DNA from: Pseudomonas sp. TCU-HL1
Lineage (GTDB): Bacteria; Pseudomonadota; Gammaproteobacteria; Pseudomonadales; Pseudomonadaceae
DNA length: 24,000 nt
Direction: 5' to 3'
Assembly (NCBI RefSeq): GCF_001708505.1
Contig: NZ_CP015992.1
Span: forward strand, 2,553,898-2,577,897
Shown: positions 1 to 8,474 of the stretch, piece after piece
How the letters are laid out: each line of letters begins with the position of its first letter
How positions within the stretch are numbered: position 1 is the stretch's first letter
Translations under genes and position numbers: made by a program
Notes under the pieces: model-generated
What the model saw: the letters and a program-made list of their open reading frames with translations, nothing else
Databases searched by the model: none
What the model was told of the DNA's origin: nothing

Positions 1-355
1 TGCCGCAGCACTCGCCGTGGCCATCCTTGAAGAAGCTGAACAGGCCCTTTTCCTTGACGAAGGGTTCCAGCAGTCGCGGGTCCGGCGACAGCACCTCGAT
101 GGCGATGCCATAGTGCTCGCGCACCTGCTCGATGAAGCGGTAGGTCTCCGGGTGCAGGCGACCGGTATCCAGGCTGAACACCTTGACGTTCTTGTTCAGC
201 TTCCAGGCCATGTCCACCAGCACCACGTCTTCGGCACCGCTGAAGGAGATCCACAGCTCGTCGCCGAAATGCTCGAAGGCCAGTTTGAGAATGTCCTGGG
301 GGGACTTGTTGGCGTAGGCTGCCGCCAGTTCGGCGACGTCGAAGGGTTGGCTCAT
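1..355 (-). CDS. cysH: APS/PAPS reductase CysH, N-terminal ~118 codons (gene continues beyond window start)
   Basis: Absent from the ORF track because no stop lies in the window. Reverse complement from the ATG (complement of 353-355) reads [119 protein letters not shown] recognise this as the CysH/PAPS_reduct family: SFSGAED nucleotide-binding motif and the ECCG Cys pair of Fe-S APS reductases. The listed + ORF 17..433 is its antisense shadow. Confidence 0.85.
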   Translation of the reverse strand, partial: MSQPFDVAELAAAYANKSPQDILKLAFEHFGDELWISFSGAEDVVLVDMAWKLNKNVKVFSLDTGRLHPETYRFIEQVREHYGIAIEVLSPDPRLLEPFVKEKGLFSFFKDGHGECCG

Positions 356-548
356 CAGGCAGGCTTCCTTTTATGGGGGGCGCTGGGCGCGCTCTATGGC
401 GCGCATTTTAGCAAAGCAGAGTTATGCCCCTAAATAACCTTGAGGAAGCATCACTGCTTGCGATGGTTATAAGTGCTGCATTGCGCCGTCCTGGGCTAGT
501 CGCTAGAGTGCCGCCTCCAATCACAAAAGCCATGCGGGGAAATCGCTC

Positions 549-1166
549 GTGGAAATCGCCTGTCTCGACCTTGAAGGTGTACTGGTTCCGGAAATCTGGA
601 TCGCATTCGCGGAAAAAACCGGAATCGACGCGCTGAAGGCGACCACCCGGGACATCCCGGACTACGACGTGCTGATGAAGCAGCGCCTGCGCATCCTCGA
701 CGAGCATGGCCTGAAGCTCTCCGACATCCAGGAAGTGATCGCCACCCTGAAGCCCCTGGAAGGTGCCGTCGAGTTCGTCGACTGGCTGCGCGAGCGCTTC
801 CAGGTGGTCATCCTTTCCGACACCTTCTACGAGTTCTCCCAGCCGCTGATGCGTCAGCTCGGTTTCCCGACGCTGCTGTGCCACCGCCTGATTACCGACG
901 AGACCGATCGCGTGGTGGACTACCAGCTGCGCCAGAAAGACCCCAAGCGCCAGTCCGTCCTCGCCTTCAAGAGCCTCTACTACCGCGTGATCGCCGCAGG
1001 CGACTCCTACAACGACACGACCATGCTCAGCGAAGCCCACGCCGGTATCCTGTTCCATGCGCCGGAGAACGTGATCCGCGAGTTCCCGCAGTTCCCGGCG
1101 GTGCACACCTTTGAGGACCTCAAGCGCGAGTTCATCAAGGCCTCCAGCCGTCAGCTGAGCCTCTGA
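549..1166 (+). CDS. thrH: HAD-family phosphoserine phosphatase / homoserine phosphotransferase ThrH
   Basis: 205-aa ORF with a GTG start. The sequence MEIACLDLEGVLVPEIWIAFAEKTGIDALKATTRDIPDYDVLMKQRL...AAGDSYNDTTML is near-identical, from memory, to P. aeruginosa ThrH (PA1757). It is divergent from cysH and followed by pabB, as in PAO1. Confidence 0.9.
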   Translation: MEIACLDLEGVLVPEIWIAFAEKTGIDALKATTRDIPDYDVLMKQRLRILDEHGLKLSDIQEVIATLKPLEGAVEFVDWLRERFQVVILSDTFYEFSQPLMRQLGFPTLLCHRLITDETDRVVDYQLRQKDPKRQSVLAFKSLYYRVIAAGDSYNDTTMLSEAHAGILFHAPENVIREFPQFPAVHTFEDLKREFIKASSRQLSL

Positions 1167-1180
1167 GAGTCCCGCCCATG

Positions 1181-1213
1181 AAAAAGCCCGCGATAGCGGG
1201 CTTTCTCGTTTTT
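1181..1213. terminator. Rho-independent, potentially bidirectional terminator after thrH
   Basis: aaaaAGCCCGCgataGCGGGCTttctcgttttt: 7-bp GC-rich stem, 4-nt loop, A-run upstream and T-rich tract downstream, starting 15 nt after the thrH stop. Confidence 0.7.
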
Positions 1214-1307
1214 GCTCCCCTCTCCCACTGGGAGAGGGGCCGGGGGTGAGGGGCTGTTTGCTGGCTCGGTGCCGGTCCGTTTCGCGAATGAATTCGCTCC
1301 CACAAGG
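1214..1307 (+). repeat. Composite REP element (type B 'ctctcccactgggagagggg..ggggtgagggg' plus type A 'cgcgaatgaattcgctcccacaag')
   Basis: Both halves recur in the same order and orientation at 18551-18623. Type A copies or variants also occur at 13612-13704 and 14545-14645, and an inverted type B copy at 20431-20471. Each half is internally palindromic. Confidence 0.8.
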
Positions 1308-1308
1308 T

Positions 1309-2658
1309 TTACTCCCCCAACCCCTCCAGTGTCTGCATCAGCACCTTCACCTTGGTGATGGACTCCCGGTATTCCTCCTGCCAGTCGGAGTCGGCGACGA
1401 TGCCGCCGCCGCCCCAGCAGCTGGCCTGTCCGTCCTTCACCAGCACGGTGCGGATGGCGATGGAGCTGTCCAGCTCGCCGCGCACATCCAGGTAGAGCAG
1501 GGACCCGCAATAGATCGAGCGGCGCGTGGGTTCCAGCTCGTCGATGATCTGCATGGCGCGGATTTTCGGCGCACCGGTGATGGAGCCTCCGGGGAAACTG
1601 CCGGTGATCAGGTCCAGCGCATCCTTATCTGCGGCCAGGCGGCCGGTGATGGCGCTGACCAGATGGTGCACGTTGGGGTAGCTCTCCAGGGCAAAGAGCT
1701 CCGGCACCTTGACCGAACCGATGGCGCAGCTGCGGCCCAGGTCGTTGCGCAGCAGGTCGACGATCATCAGGTTTTCCGCGCGGTCCTTGCGGCTGGCCAG
1801 CAGCTCGTCCGCCTGGGCGCGGTCTTCTTCCGGGGTCTGGCCACGGGGGCGGGTGCCCTTGATCGGGCGGGTTTCCACCTGACCCTCGCTGACCTTGATG
1901 AAGCGCTCCGGCGACAGGCTGAGGATGGCGCCCCCATCGTTCAACGCCTGATAGCCGGCGAATGGCGTCGGGCAGGCCGCACGCAATGCCTGGTAGGCGG
2001 ACCAGGGGTCGCCTTCGCAGGGGGCCTGGAAGCGCTGGGTAAAATTCACCTGATAGCAGTCGCCGGCCTGGATATACGCCTGCACCCGTTCGATGGCGTT
2101 GCGGTACTGGGTCTGGTCCAGGTTGGCCCGGAAGGGCGCCAGCAGGCGGAACGGAGCGGATGCCGATTCGGCAGGCTCGCTGAACAGGGCGATCAGGCGT
2201 GCGCGCTCGGCTTGCGCAAGGCTGGGGTGGAACACCAGCTGGCTGGTGCGCAGTTGATGATCGCTGACTAGCGCCCAGGCATAGAGGCCCAACTTGGCGT
2301 CAGGCAATTCGAGGTCGTCGATGGCTGCTTCCGGCAACTGTTCCACCCGGCGGCCGAAGTCGTAGGCCAGATAGCCGACCAGTCCGCCGACGAACGGCAG
2401 TTCGATTCCCACAGGCAGGCCGGCCTCGCCCAGGCTGGCCAGAGCCTTCCGCAGGCGCTGAGCGAAGTCGTTGGCCGATTCGCCCTGCACCGGCGCAAGT
2501 TCTGCCAATGGCCAAGCGCTGAATAGGTCATAGCGTCCACGCGTGGCCACCGGGCGGCCAGCATCGAGCAGCACGGCACCGGGCGCCTGACGGACCCGCT
2601 TGAAGCGTTCGCAGGGCGATTCGTGATACGGAAGGGTGTGCAAATGGCAGTCAGGCAT
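1309..2658 (-). CDS. pabB: Aminodeoxychorismate synthase component I (chorismate-binding enzyme)
   Basis: 449-aa ORF with chorismate-utilising enzyme motifs (SPERFIKV, ETRPIKGTRPRG, ENLMIVDLLRNDLGR, SFPGGSITGAPKIRAMQII). The length fits PabB rather than TrpE. Position after thrH matches PAO1 PA1758 (from memory). Confidence 0.85.
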   Translation of the reverse strand: MPDCHLHTLPYHESPCERFKRVRQAPGAVLLDAGRPVATRGRYDLFSAWPLAELAPVQGESANDFAQRLRKALASLGEAGLPVGIELPFVGGLVGYLAYDFGRRVEQLPEAAIDDLELPDAKLGLYAWALVSDHQLRTSQLVFHPSLAQAERARLIALFSEPAESASAPFRLLAPFRANLDQTQYRNAIERVQAYIQAGDCYQVNFTQRFQAPCEGDPWSAYQALRAACPTPFAGYQALNDGGAILSLSPERFIKVSEGQVETRPIKGTRPRGQTPEEDRAQADELLASRKDRAENLMIVDLLRNDLGRSCAIGSVKVPELFALESYPNVHHLVSAITGRLAADKDALDLITGSFPGGSITGAPKIRAMQIIDELEPTRRSIYCGSLLYLDVRGELDSSIAIRTVLVKDGQASCWGGGGIVADSDWQEEYRESITKVKVLMQTLEGLGE

Positions 2659-2759
2659 AGGGGCGCGCGGGCTGGGAGCAGGAGCGGATTCTAGTCCGCC
2701 TGTAGCGTCGATCCTAGAGCCTTTTCCGAAGTTTACGAGGGAAAAGCATTCTGATACTT

Positions 2760-5537
2760 ATGTACCAATCCCACGGGCATATATGCCTGTTCCACAACGA
2801 TAACGATATAGGGATTCAGGCAGTGGACGCAGTTCTCAACCCCGCAGCCGGTAGCCGTCAGCGCTCCAAACTCGTGACCCCGCAGGCATCTGCCGATTAC
2901 CTGCCAAGACCCCAGGTCCAGGCGGCCCTGGCCGCTCATCCTCATGCTCGCCTCCTGCTGTTCTCGGCCCCCGCCGGGTTTGGCAAGACCACCGCCCTCG
3001 CAGCCCTGGCCGAGCAACGTCGCGCTGCCGGCAGCGCAGTGGCCTGGTTTTCCCTTGAAGCCGAGGATGACGATCCCGCGCGCTTCTTCCCGCAATTGAT
3101 CAAGACCCTCGGTGAAGCCGTGCCCGGCGTCGGTGACTACGCCCGTGGCTACCTGCAGAACACCATGCAGGTGCCGGTGAACGCCGTGCTGGAAAGCCTG
3201 CTGGTGGACCTTGCCCGGCTCAACGGGCCGGTTCTGCTGGTGCTGGATGACCTGCACCTGCTCAAAGACCCGGAGCTGTTTTCCGCCCTCGGCCGCCTGG
3301 TGCGCCTGGCTCCTGCCAGCTTCAGCCTGGCCGTCGGCAGCCGCTCCCTGCCGCCGCTCAGCCTGGCCACCCTGCGTGCCAAGGGCTGGCTGCTGGAGAT
3401 CGGCCTCGATGAGCTGCGCCTGACCGCCGAAGAAACCCGTGATTACCTCGTCCGTACCGGCCTGCAACTGGATGATGCCGTATTGGCGGCGTTGCACAGC
3501 CATACCGAAGGGTGGGCGATAGGCGTCCAGCTGGCGAGCCTGTGGTTGCGCCACCAGCCTCAGGCCACCGGACAGATCGAGAGCCTGGGCAGTGACCAGG
3601 CCACGGTCGGCCAATACCTGCTGGCCAGTGTCTTCGAACAGCTGCCGGCCGACTTGCAGGACGCCTTGCTGGCCCTGGGGATCGCCAGCCAGCTCAGCGG
3701 CGACCTGGCCAATGCGCTGACCGGTCGCCCGGATGGTCAGGCGCTGTTGGAACGACTGGAAACCATGCAGCTGTTCCTCTTGCCACTGGACCGCGAGCGC
3801 CAGTGGTATCGCTTCCATCACTTGTTCGCCGACTTCCTGCGCAGCCGCCTCAAGGCCTGCGACCCGGAGCGCCTCAAGCAGCTGCACTTCAATGCCAGTC
3901 TCTGGTTCACCAATCACCACATGCAGAACCTGGCCATCGAGCACGCCAGCCTCGCAGAGGACCCGGAAATGCTCGCGGCCCTGGTGGACGGTTGCGGCCT
4001 GGAACTGATCAATCGCGGCCAGCTCAACAAGATCTACCGCTGGCGACAGAAAGTGCCGGATGACATTGCCGAACGTTACCCGACGCTGATCCTGGCGGAC
4101 GTCTGGAACCGCGCCATGGAAATGGCCCTGCCGGAAGCCAACCAGATGCTCGACGAGCTGCTGGCCCGTTGGGGTGGGACTCGTGCTGAGTCCCAATTGA
4201 GCGACAAGTACCTGGCTACCCTGGCGGTCAAGGCGGCCATCGCCCTGCAGAAGGATGACCTGGACCTCTGCGTATCCATTGCCCGCCGGGTGGAGGTCCA
4301 GCTCGGACGCAACCAGGCATTCCTCGAGGTCGCCATCCTGGTGATCGGCGCCATGGCCCTGGTGATCCTGGCCCAGCCGGACCAGGCCCGTCGCCTGCTG
4401 GCCCTGGCCCAGCAGCGCAATCACTTCCTCGAAGGCCGTTACCTGGACATGCAACTGGCCAACGTGGAAATCCTCCTTTCCCTTGAGCAGGGCCAGTTGA
4501 AGCAGGCGCATCTGCTTTATGAGCAGATGCGCGCCCAGGTCACGCCGCATCTGGGCGAGAAATCCCGCGCCATGGCCCTGCCGGTCATCGTCGAATCCCT
4601 GATCGCTTACCAGCAAGGCCGCCTGGAGGGGCTGGAAGAACGCCTCGGCACCGCGCTGAGCCACATCGACGTCATTCGGCCAATCGACATCTATGCCCAG
4701 GGCATGCTGTTCCTGGCACGCATTCAGCGCATGCGGGACAAGCCCAGGGAGGCCCAGGCAACACTGGTCCTGATGCAGAACCTGGCCGCGCGCAACCAGT
4801 CCTGGCGCTTCTATGCGCGGGCCGTGGCCGATGAGATTTCCCTGCTCCTCCAGGAACCCGGCACCGACCGCCTCAAGCGCGCCGAGCAACGCTTCAAGAG
4901 TGTGGACTGGAACAAACTGGCCGGTGGCGGCAGCCAGCACGGCGCCAACTCGACGCTCTGGGTGCAGGGGCTGATTCGCGTGCGCCTGCAACAGGCCCGT
5001 GGCCACTTCAGTGAAGCCCTGCACGAAATCACCCAGTTGCGCGGCAAGCTCCTGCCCAACTGGCATGGCCTGCAACGCCTGCGCTTGGACCTGCTGGCGG
5101 CCCTCAGCTACCAGCGCCTGGGTTACCAGGAACGGGCCCAGAGCCTGCTGGTGCAGTGCCTGCTTTGTGCCGAGCGCGAAGGCGCGCGCAGCCTGTTCAT
5201 CGAAGAAGGCGAAGCCATTCGCCAATTGCTCCAGCAGCTGGAGTCGGCAGAACGCCAGCCCGCCTTGCAGGGGTTCATCCGTGGCCTGCTGGCGATCTGG
5301 CCCGGCCAGGACGCACGCAAATCCCAGGATGTGCTCGAAGAAGGCCTGACCGACCGCGAACGTGAAGTGGTCTGCCTGGCCGCCAAGGGAATGTCCAACG
5401 AAGAGATCGGTCAGCAGCTCGCCCTGGCGCTGGGGACCGTCAAATGGCACCTGCACAACATCTACGAAAAGCTCAAGGTGCGTAACCGGACCCAGGCGAT
5501 CCGGCGTACCCGCGAGCTGGGGCTGCTCGAACCATGA
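2760..5537 (+). CDS. Large ATP-binding LuxR-family (LAL/MalT-like) transcriptional regulator 1
   Basis: 925-aa ORF. Walker A FSAPAGFGKTT and Walker B VLLVLDDLH, a long helical middle region, and a C-terminal LuxR/GerE HTH (LTDREREVVCLAAKGMSNEEIGQQLALALGTVKWHLHNIYEKLKVRNRTQA). The start is uncertain: the first ~60 nt are AT-rich and contain a palindrome, so GTG 2823 is a plausible alternative. Confidence 0.85.
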   Translation: MYQSHGHICLFHNDNDIGIQAVDAVLNPAAGSRQRSKLVTPQASADYLPRPQVQAALAAHPHARLLLFSAPAGFGKTTALAALAEQRRAAGSAVAWFSLEAEDDDPARFFPQLIKTLGEAVPGVGDYARGYLQNTMQVPVNAVLESLLVDLARLNGPVLLVLDDLHLLKDPELFSALGRLVRLAPASFSLAVGSRSLPPLSLATLRAKGWLLEIGLDELRLTAEETRDYLVRTGLQLDDAVLAALHSHTEGWAIGVQLASLWLRHQPQATGQIESLGSDQATVGQYLLASVFEQLPADLQDALLALGIASQLSGDLANALTGRPDGQALLERLETMQLFLLPLDRERQWYRFHHLFADFLRSRLKACDPERLKQLHFNASLWFTNHHMQNLAIEHASLAEDPEMLAALVDGCGLELINRGQLNKIYRWRQKVPDDIAERYPTLILADVWNRAMEMALPEANQMLDELLARWGGTRAESQLSDKYLATLAVKAAIALQKDDLDLCVSIARRVEVQLGRNQAFLEVAILVIGAMALVILAQPDQARRLLALAQQRNHFLEGRYLDMQLANVEILLSLEQGQLKQAHLLYEQMRAQVTPHLGEKSRAMALPVIVESLIAYQQGRLEGLEERLGTALSHIDVIRPIDIYAQGMLFLARIQRMRDKPREAQATLVLMQNLAARNQSWRFYARAVADEISLLLQEPGTDRLKRAEQRFKSVDWNKLAGGGSQHGANSTLWVQGLIRVRLQQARGHFSEALHEITQLRGKLLPNWHGLQRLRLDLLAALSYQRLGYQERAQSLLVQCLLCAEREGARSLFIEEGEAIRQLLQQLESAERQPALQGFIRGLLAIWPGQDARKSQDVLEEGLTDREREVVCLAAKGMSNEEIGQQLALALGTVKWHLHNIYEKLKVRNRTQAIRRTRELGLLEP

Positions 5538-8245
5538 CCGACCTCTGCCTGTCTCTCCCGCACCAGATTCCCTTGTTGCGCACCAAGCTGTTTCCGGCCG
5601 ACGCCGGCGGCCGCTCGGTGTTGCCGCGCCGGGCCCTGATCGAGCGCCTGCATACTGCGCGAGCGCGCCGCGTGCTGGTGCTCAGTGCCCCGGCCGGTTT
5701 CGGCAAGAGCACCATACTCAGCCTGTTCCGCCAGCACCTGCAGGCGGAAGGGGCGCACGTTGCCTGGCTCTCCTGTGATGAGGCCGACAGTGAACCGCAG
5801 CGCTTGCTGCAGTACCTGGTCGCCGCCGTGGATGCCGCCTTGCCTGGCTTCGGTGGCAACACCGTCGGGCTGCTGCAGGGGGATGTGAACTGGCCCATCG
5901 AAGCGGTGATCGACGCCTTCGTCGGCGACCTCAAGCGCATCGACGGTGAGCTCTACCTGATGCTCGATGACTTCCATCGCATCCGTCATGCGGCCCTGGA
6001 CCAGGGCGCTCGCTACCTGATCGAAAACCTGCCGTCCCATGTCCATCTGGTCAGCAGCACCCGCTTCACACCGCGCCTGTCGTTCGGCGAGGCCGAGTCG
6101 CTGCTGCTGAACGCCGAAGACCTGCGGCTCACGCTTGAGGAAACCGAAGCCTACTTCCGGGAAGTGCATCAGCTGCCGCTGTCCAGCAGCGAAGTGCGCC
6201 AGCTCCATGCCCGTACCGAGGGTTGGATCACGGCACTGCACCTGGCCAGCCTGGCGTTGGCCCGGCATCCCGACCGCGCGGCGTTCCTGGCCAGCCTCAG
6301 CGGGACCGAACGCAACATCGCCGACTACCTGACCGAAGACGTACTCGACAGCTTGCCCGAAGCGTTGCGACAGTTCCTCGACCAGACCTCGGTGCTGGAC
6401 GAATTCTGCGCCGACCTGTGCAACGCCCTGACCGGGCGACGGGATGGCCTCGACATGCTCATGCGCCTGCAGCGCGAGCAGTTGTTCATTATCCCGCTGG
6501 ACGAGCAGGGCGAGTGGTTCCGTTACCACCATCTGTTCGCCGAGTACCTGCAGGGCCGGCTGGCGCGCCAGACCGATGCGGCAACACTGCTGCACGCGGC
6601 GGCGCGCTGGTGCGAAGGGCACGACCTGCCCGACCGTGCCATCAAGTACGCGCTGCGCGGCCGCGATTTTGCCTTTGCCGCCGAACTGCTGGAGCGCCAG
6701 GGCGCGAGGCTGATTGCCGGTAACCGGGTCTACGGCATCCTGTCCATGCTCAAGGGCGTGCCCGCCGAGGTTATTCGCGAGCACCCCGTGTTCCAGATTT
6801 TCTACGCCTGGCAACTGGCCTTCGAGCAACGCTTCGCCGAATCCGAAGCGCTGATCGAGGAAGTCAGCAACCGCCTGCTGCAAGGGCGTGGCAAGGTGAT
6901 CCATTTCGGTCTGGGCGAACTGCTGGCCGCCTCCCAGGTGCTCAAGGCTCTGGTGATGCTCTACCAGGACAAGCTGGAGGCCTGTCTCAAGGTGGCCCGC
7001 CAGTGGTTGGCCATGGTGCCGGACAACCAGCCGGTGTTCCGCGCCAGTCTCGCCTGCGTGCAGGCCGCGGCCTATGCGTTGATGGGCGAGTTTGGCGAAG
7101 CTGCCAGGGCCATCGCCGTCGCCCGTGACAACCTCAAGCGGGTGGACAGCGAATACCTGCATGTGATGACCAGCCTGATCGAGGCGCTGATCTGCAAAGA
7201 AAGTGGAGAGCTGGAGCGTGGTCGCGCCATTGCCGAAACCGCGCGTGCCCGCGTGGAGCGAGTGTTCGGTCGCCGCAGCCGGGTAGGCGGGCCGCTGGCT
7301 CTGGCTTACGCCGACCTGCTGTATGAGCAGGATCGCCAGGCCGCGATCCTCGCCGAACTGCCCCTGGCCACCACCTGGCGCGACGTGGCGACCCCGGTCG
7401 AGTTGATCAGTCGCGGTCAACTGGTGATGGCGCGTGCGCGATTCTTTGCCGGCGAAGCGGAGCAGGCGCTGGTCCAGCTCGACGAATGGCTGGATGGCCT
7501 GCAGGGCGCCGGCTACGAACGGGTCTTCGCCCATGGCATGGCGTGCAAGGTGCAGTTTCTGTTGTGGATGCGTCGGCCCAACGAAGCCGAGCGCATCTGC
7601 CTGCAATTGCAGCAGCATCTGGCCGTGCTGCCGCTGGCGCGCTATTCCGATGCCCACACGGTGCTGGCCCTCACCGAAGCGCGCCTGGCCCTGACCGAGC
7701 GGCGCCCCGAGCGGGCCCAGGCCAGTCTGGAGAGTTGCCTGGCACGGCAGCAGGACGAACACCAGCGCGACCGTCGCCTGCGCCTGTCGCTGTTACTTTC
7801 TGTGGCGTATTGGCGCAGAGGTAACAGCGAAAAAGCCTTCGCCCTGTTCCAGAACACCCTGGAAGAGGCCTGGAGCCGGGGCTACCGTCGGCTGTTCCAG
7901 GATGACGCACTCTGGTTGTTGCCGCTCTGGGACGCCTGGCGCACCGCCGAGCCCAAGCGTGCGGGGGCTTGGCAGGGGGTTGCCGAAAGTCTGCGCGAGC
8001 AGTGCCGCCGCCTTGCCGTTGACCCGGAAACTTTTGATGAAAATCAGGATGTTAGTCATCGCGAGCGGGAAATCCTGCGCTATGTCGCTGCCGGCCTTTC
8101 CAACCGCGATATCGCCCAGGCGGTGCACCTGTCCGAAGCCACCATCAAGTGGCACCTGCACAACCTGTTCGCCAAGCTCGGGGTGCGCAGCCGGACCCAG
8201 GCGGTATTGAAAGGCAAGAGCCTGGGCCTCTTGAGCGAGGCCTGA
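5534..8245 (+). CDS. Large ATP-binding LuxR-family (LAL/MalT-like) transcriptional regulator 2
   Basis: 903-aa ORF. ATG 5534 overlaps the upstream TGA (ATGA, 5534-5537). Walker A LSAPAGFGKST, Walker B LYLMLDDFH, C-terminal LuxR HTH (VSHREREILRYVAAGLSNRDIAQAVHLSEATIKWHLHNLFAKLGVRSRTQA). Confidence 0.88.
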   Translation: MTDLCLSLPHQIPLLRTKLFPADAGGRSVLPRRALIERLHTARARRVLVLSAPAGFGKSTILSLFRQHLQAEGAHVAWLSCDEADSEPQRLLQYLVAAVDAALPGFGGNTVGLLQGDVNWPIEAVIDAFVGDLKRIDGELYLMLDDFHRIRHAALDQGARYLIENLPSHVHLVSSTRFTPRLSFGEAESLLLNAEDLRLTLEETEAYFREVHQLPLSSSEVRQLHARTEGWITALHLASLALARHPDRAAFLASLSGTERNIADYLTEDVLDSLPEALRQFLDQTSVLDEFCADLCNALTGRRDGLDMLMRLQREQLFIIPLDEQGEWFRYHHLFAEYLQGRLARQTDAATLLHAAARWCEGHDLPDRAIKYALRGRDFAFAAELLERQGARLIAGNRVYGILSMLKGVPAEVIREHPVFQIFYAWQLAFEQRFAESEALIEEVSNRLLQGRGKVIHFGLGELLAASQVLKALVMLYQDKLEACLKVARQWLAMVPDNQPVFRASLACVQAAAYALMGEFGEAARAIAVARDNLKRVDSEYLHVMTSLIEALICKESGELERGRAIAETARARVERVFGRRSRVGGPLALAYADLLYEQDRQAAILAELPLATTWRDVATPVELISRGQLVMARARFFAGEAEQALVQLDEWLDGLQGAGYERVFAHGMACKVQFLLWMRRPNEAERICLQLQQHLAVLPLARYSDAHTVLALTEARLALTERRPERAQASLESCLARQQDEHQRDRRLRLSLLLSVAYWRRGNSEKAFALFQNTLEEAWSRGYRRLFQDDALWLLPLWDAWRTAEPKRAGAWQGVAESLREQCRRLAVDPETFDENQDVSHREREILRYVAAGLSNRDIAQAVHLSEATIKWHLHNLFAKLGVRSRTQAVLKGKSLGLLSEA

Positions 8246-8474
8246 GGTGGGGAGCCCCATTGCCCTCCATCCCTTGGATGGGCTGGCAGCGGAGGAGGGG
8301 CTCAGTAGTTTTGTTCCCAGGTCGAGAAGCATGGTGCTTCACGAATCCTCGCCGGCCGCGACTAAGGAAGCAGCGTCCGGCCTGGAGATCGGCGTGAGCC
8401 GGTCCAGCTGCCGATGACAGGAGTCGACGGCACGCCCTGGGGCAACCCACCTGTGAACTTTGGAGATAAAAAGA

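Noticed and set aside
17-433. 138-aa ORF on the plus strand
   Set aside because: Antisense to the clearly recognisable cysH N-terminus.
1214-1307. Repeated palindromic units at five loci considered as a possible CRISPR or mobile-element signature
   Set aside because: The copies are dispersed singly or in pairs at gene ends with no regular spacers, and there is no transposase or terminal inverted repeat structure. This is classic REP behaviour.
1246-2271. 341-aa ORF on the plus strand
   Set aside because: Antisense to pabB. It starts inside a REP element and has no motifs.
2733-5456. 907-aa ORF on the minus strand
   Set aside because: Antisense to the LAL regulator 1 gene. It is Ala/Gln/Gly/Leu-rich low-complexity sequence with no recognisable motifs, a typical high-GC shadow ORF. 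The plus-strand frame has clear Walker and HTH motifs.
5462-7762. 766-aa ORF on the minus strand
   Set aside because: Antisense shadow of LAL regulator 2, for the same reasons.
8429-8444. Sigma54-like GGCACG-N-GGGGCA element upstream of the operon
   Set aside because: The GG/GC spacing is one nucleotide longer than the TGGCAC-N5-TTGC rule, and the -12 element is poor. The adjacent regulators are LuxR/MalT-type sigma70 activators, not enhancer-binding proteins.
8460-8474. TTG start at 8460 for the small protein; likewise starts at 12312 and 13685 for the MalM-like and methyltransferase ORFs
   Set aside because: ATG 8475 has a well-spaced GGAG and yields a canonical signal peptide. The 12312 start lies inside the upstream gene, and ATG 12429 gives a signal peptide. 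The 13685 start lies inside a REP element.
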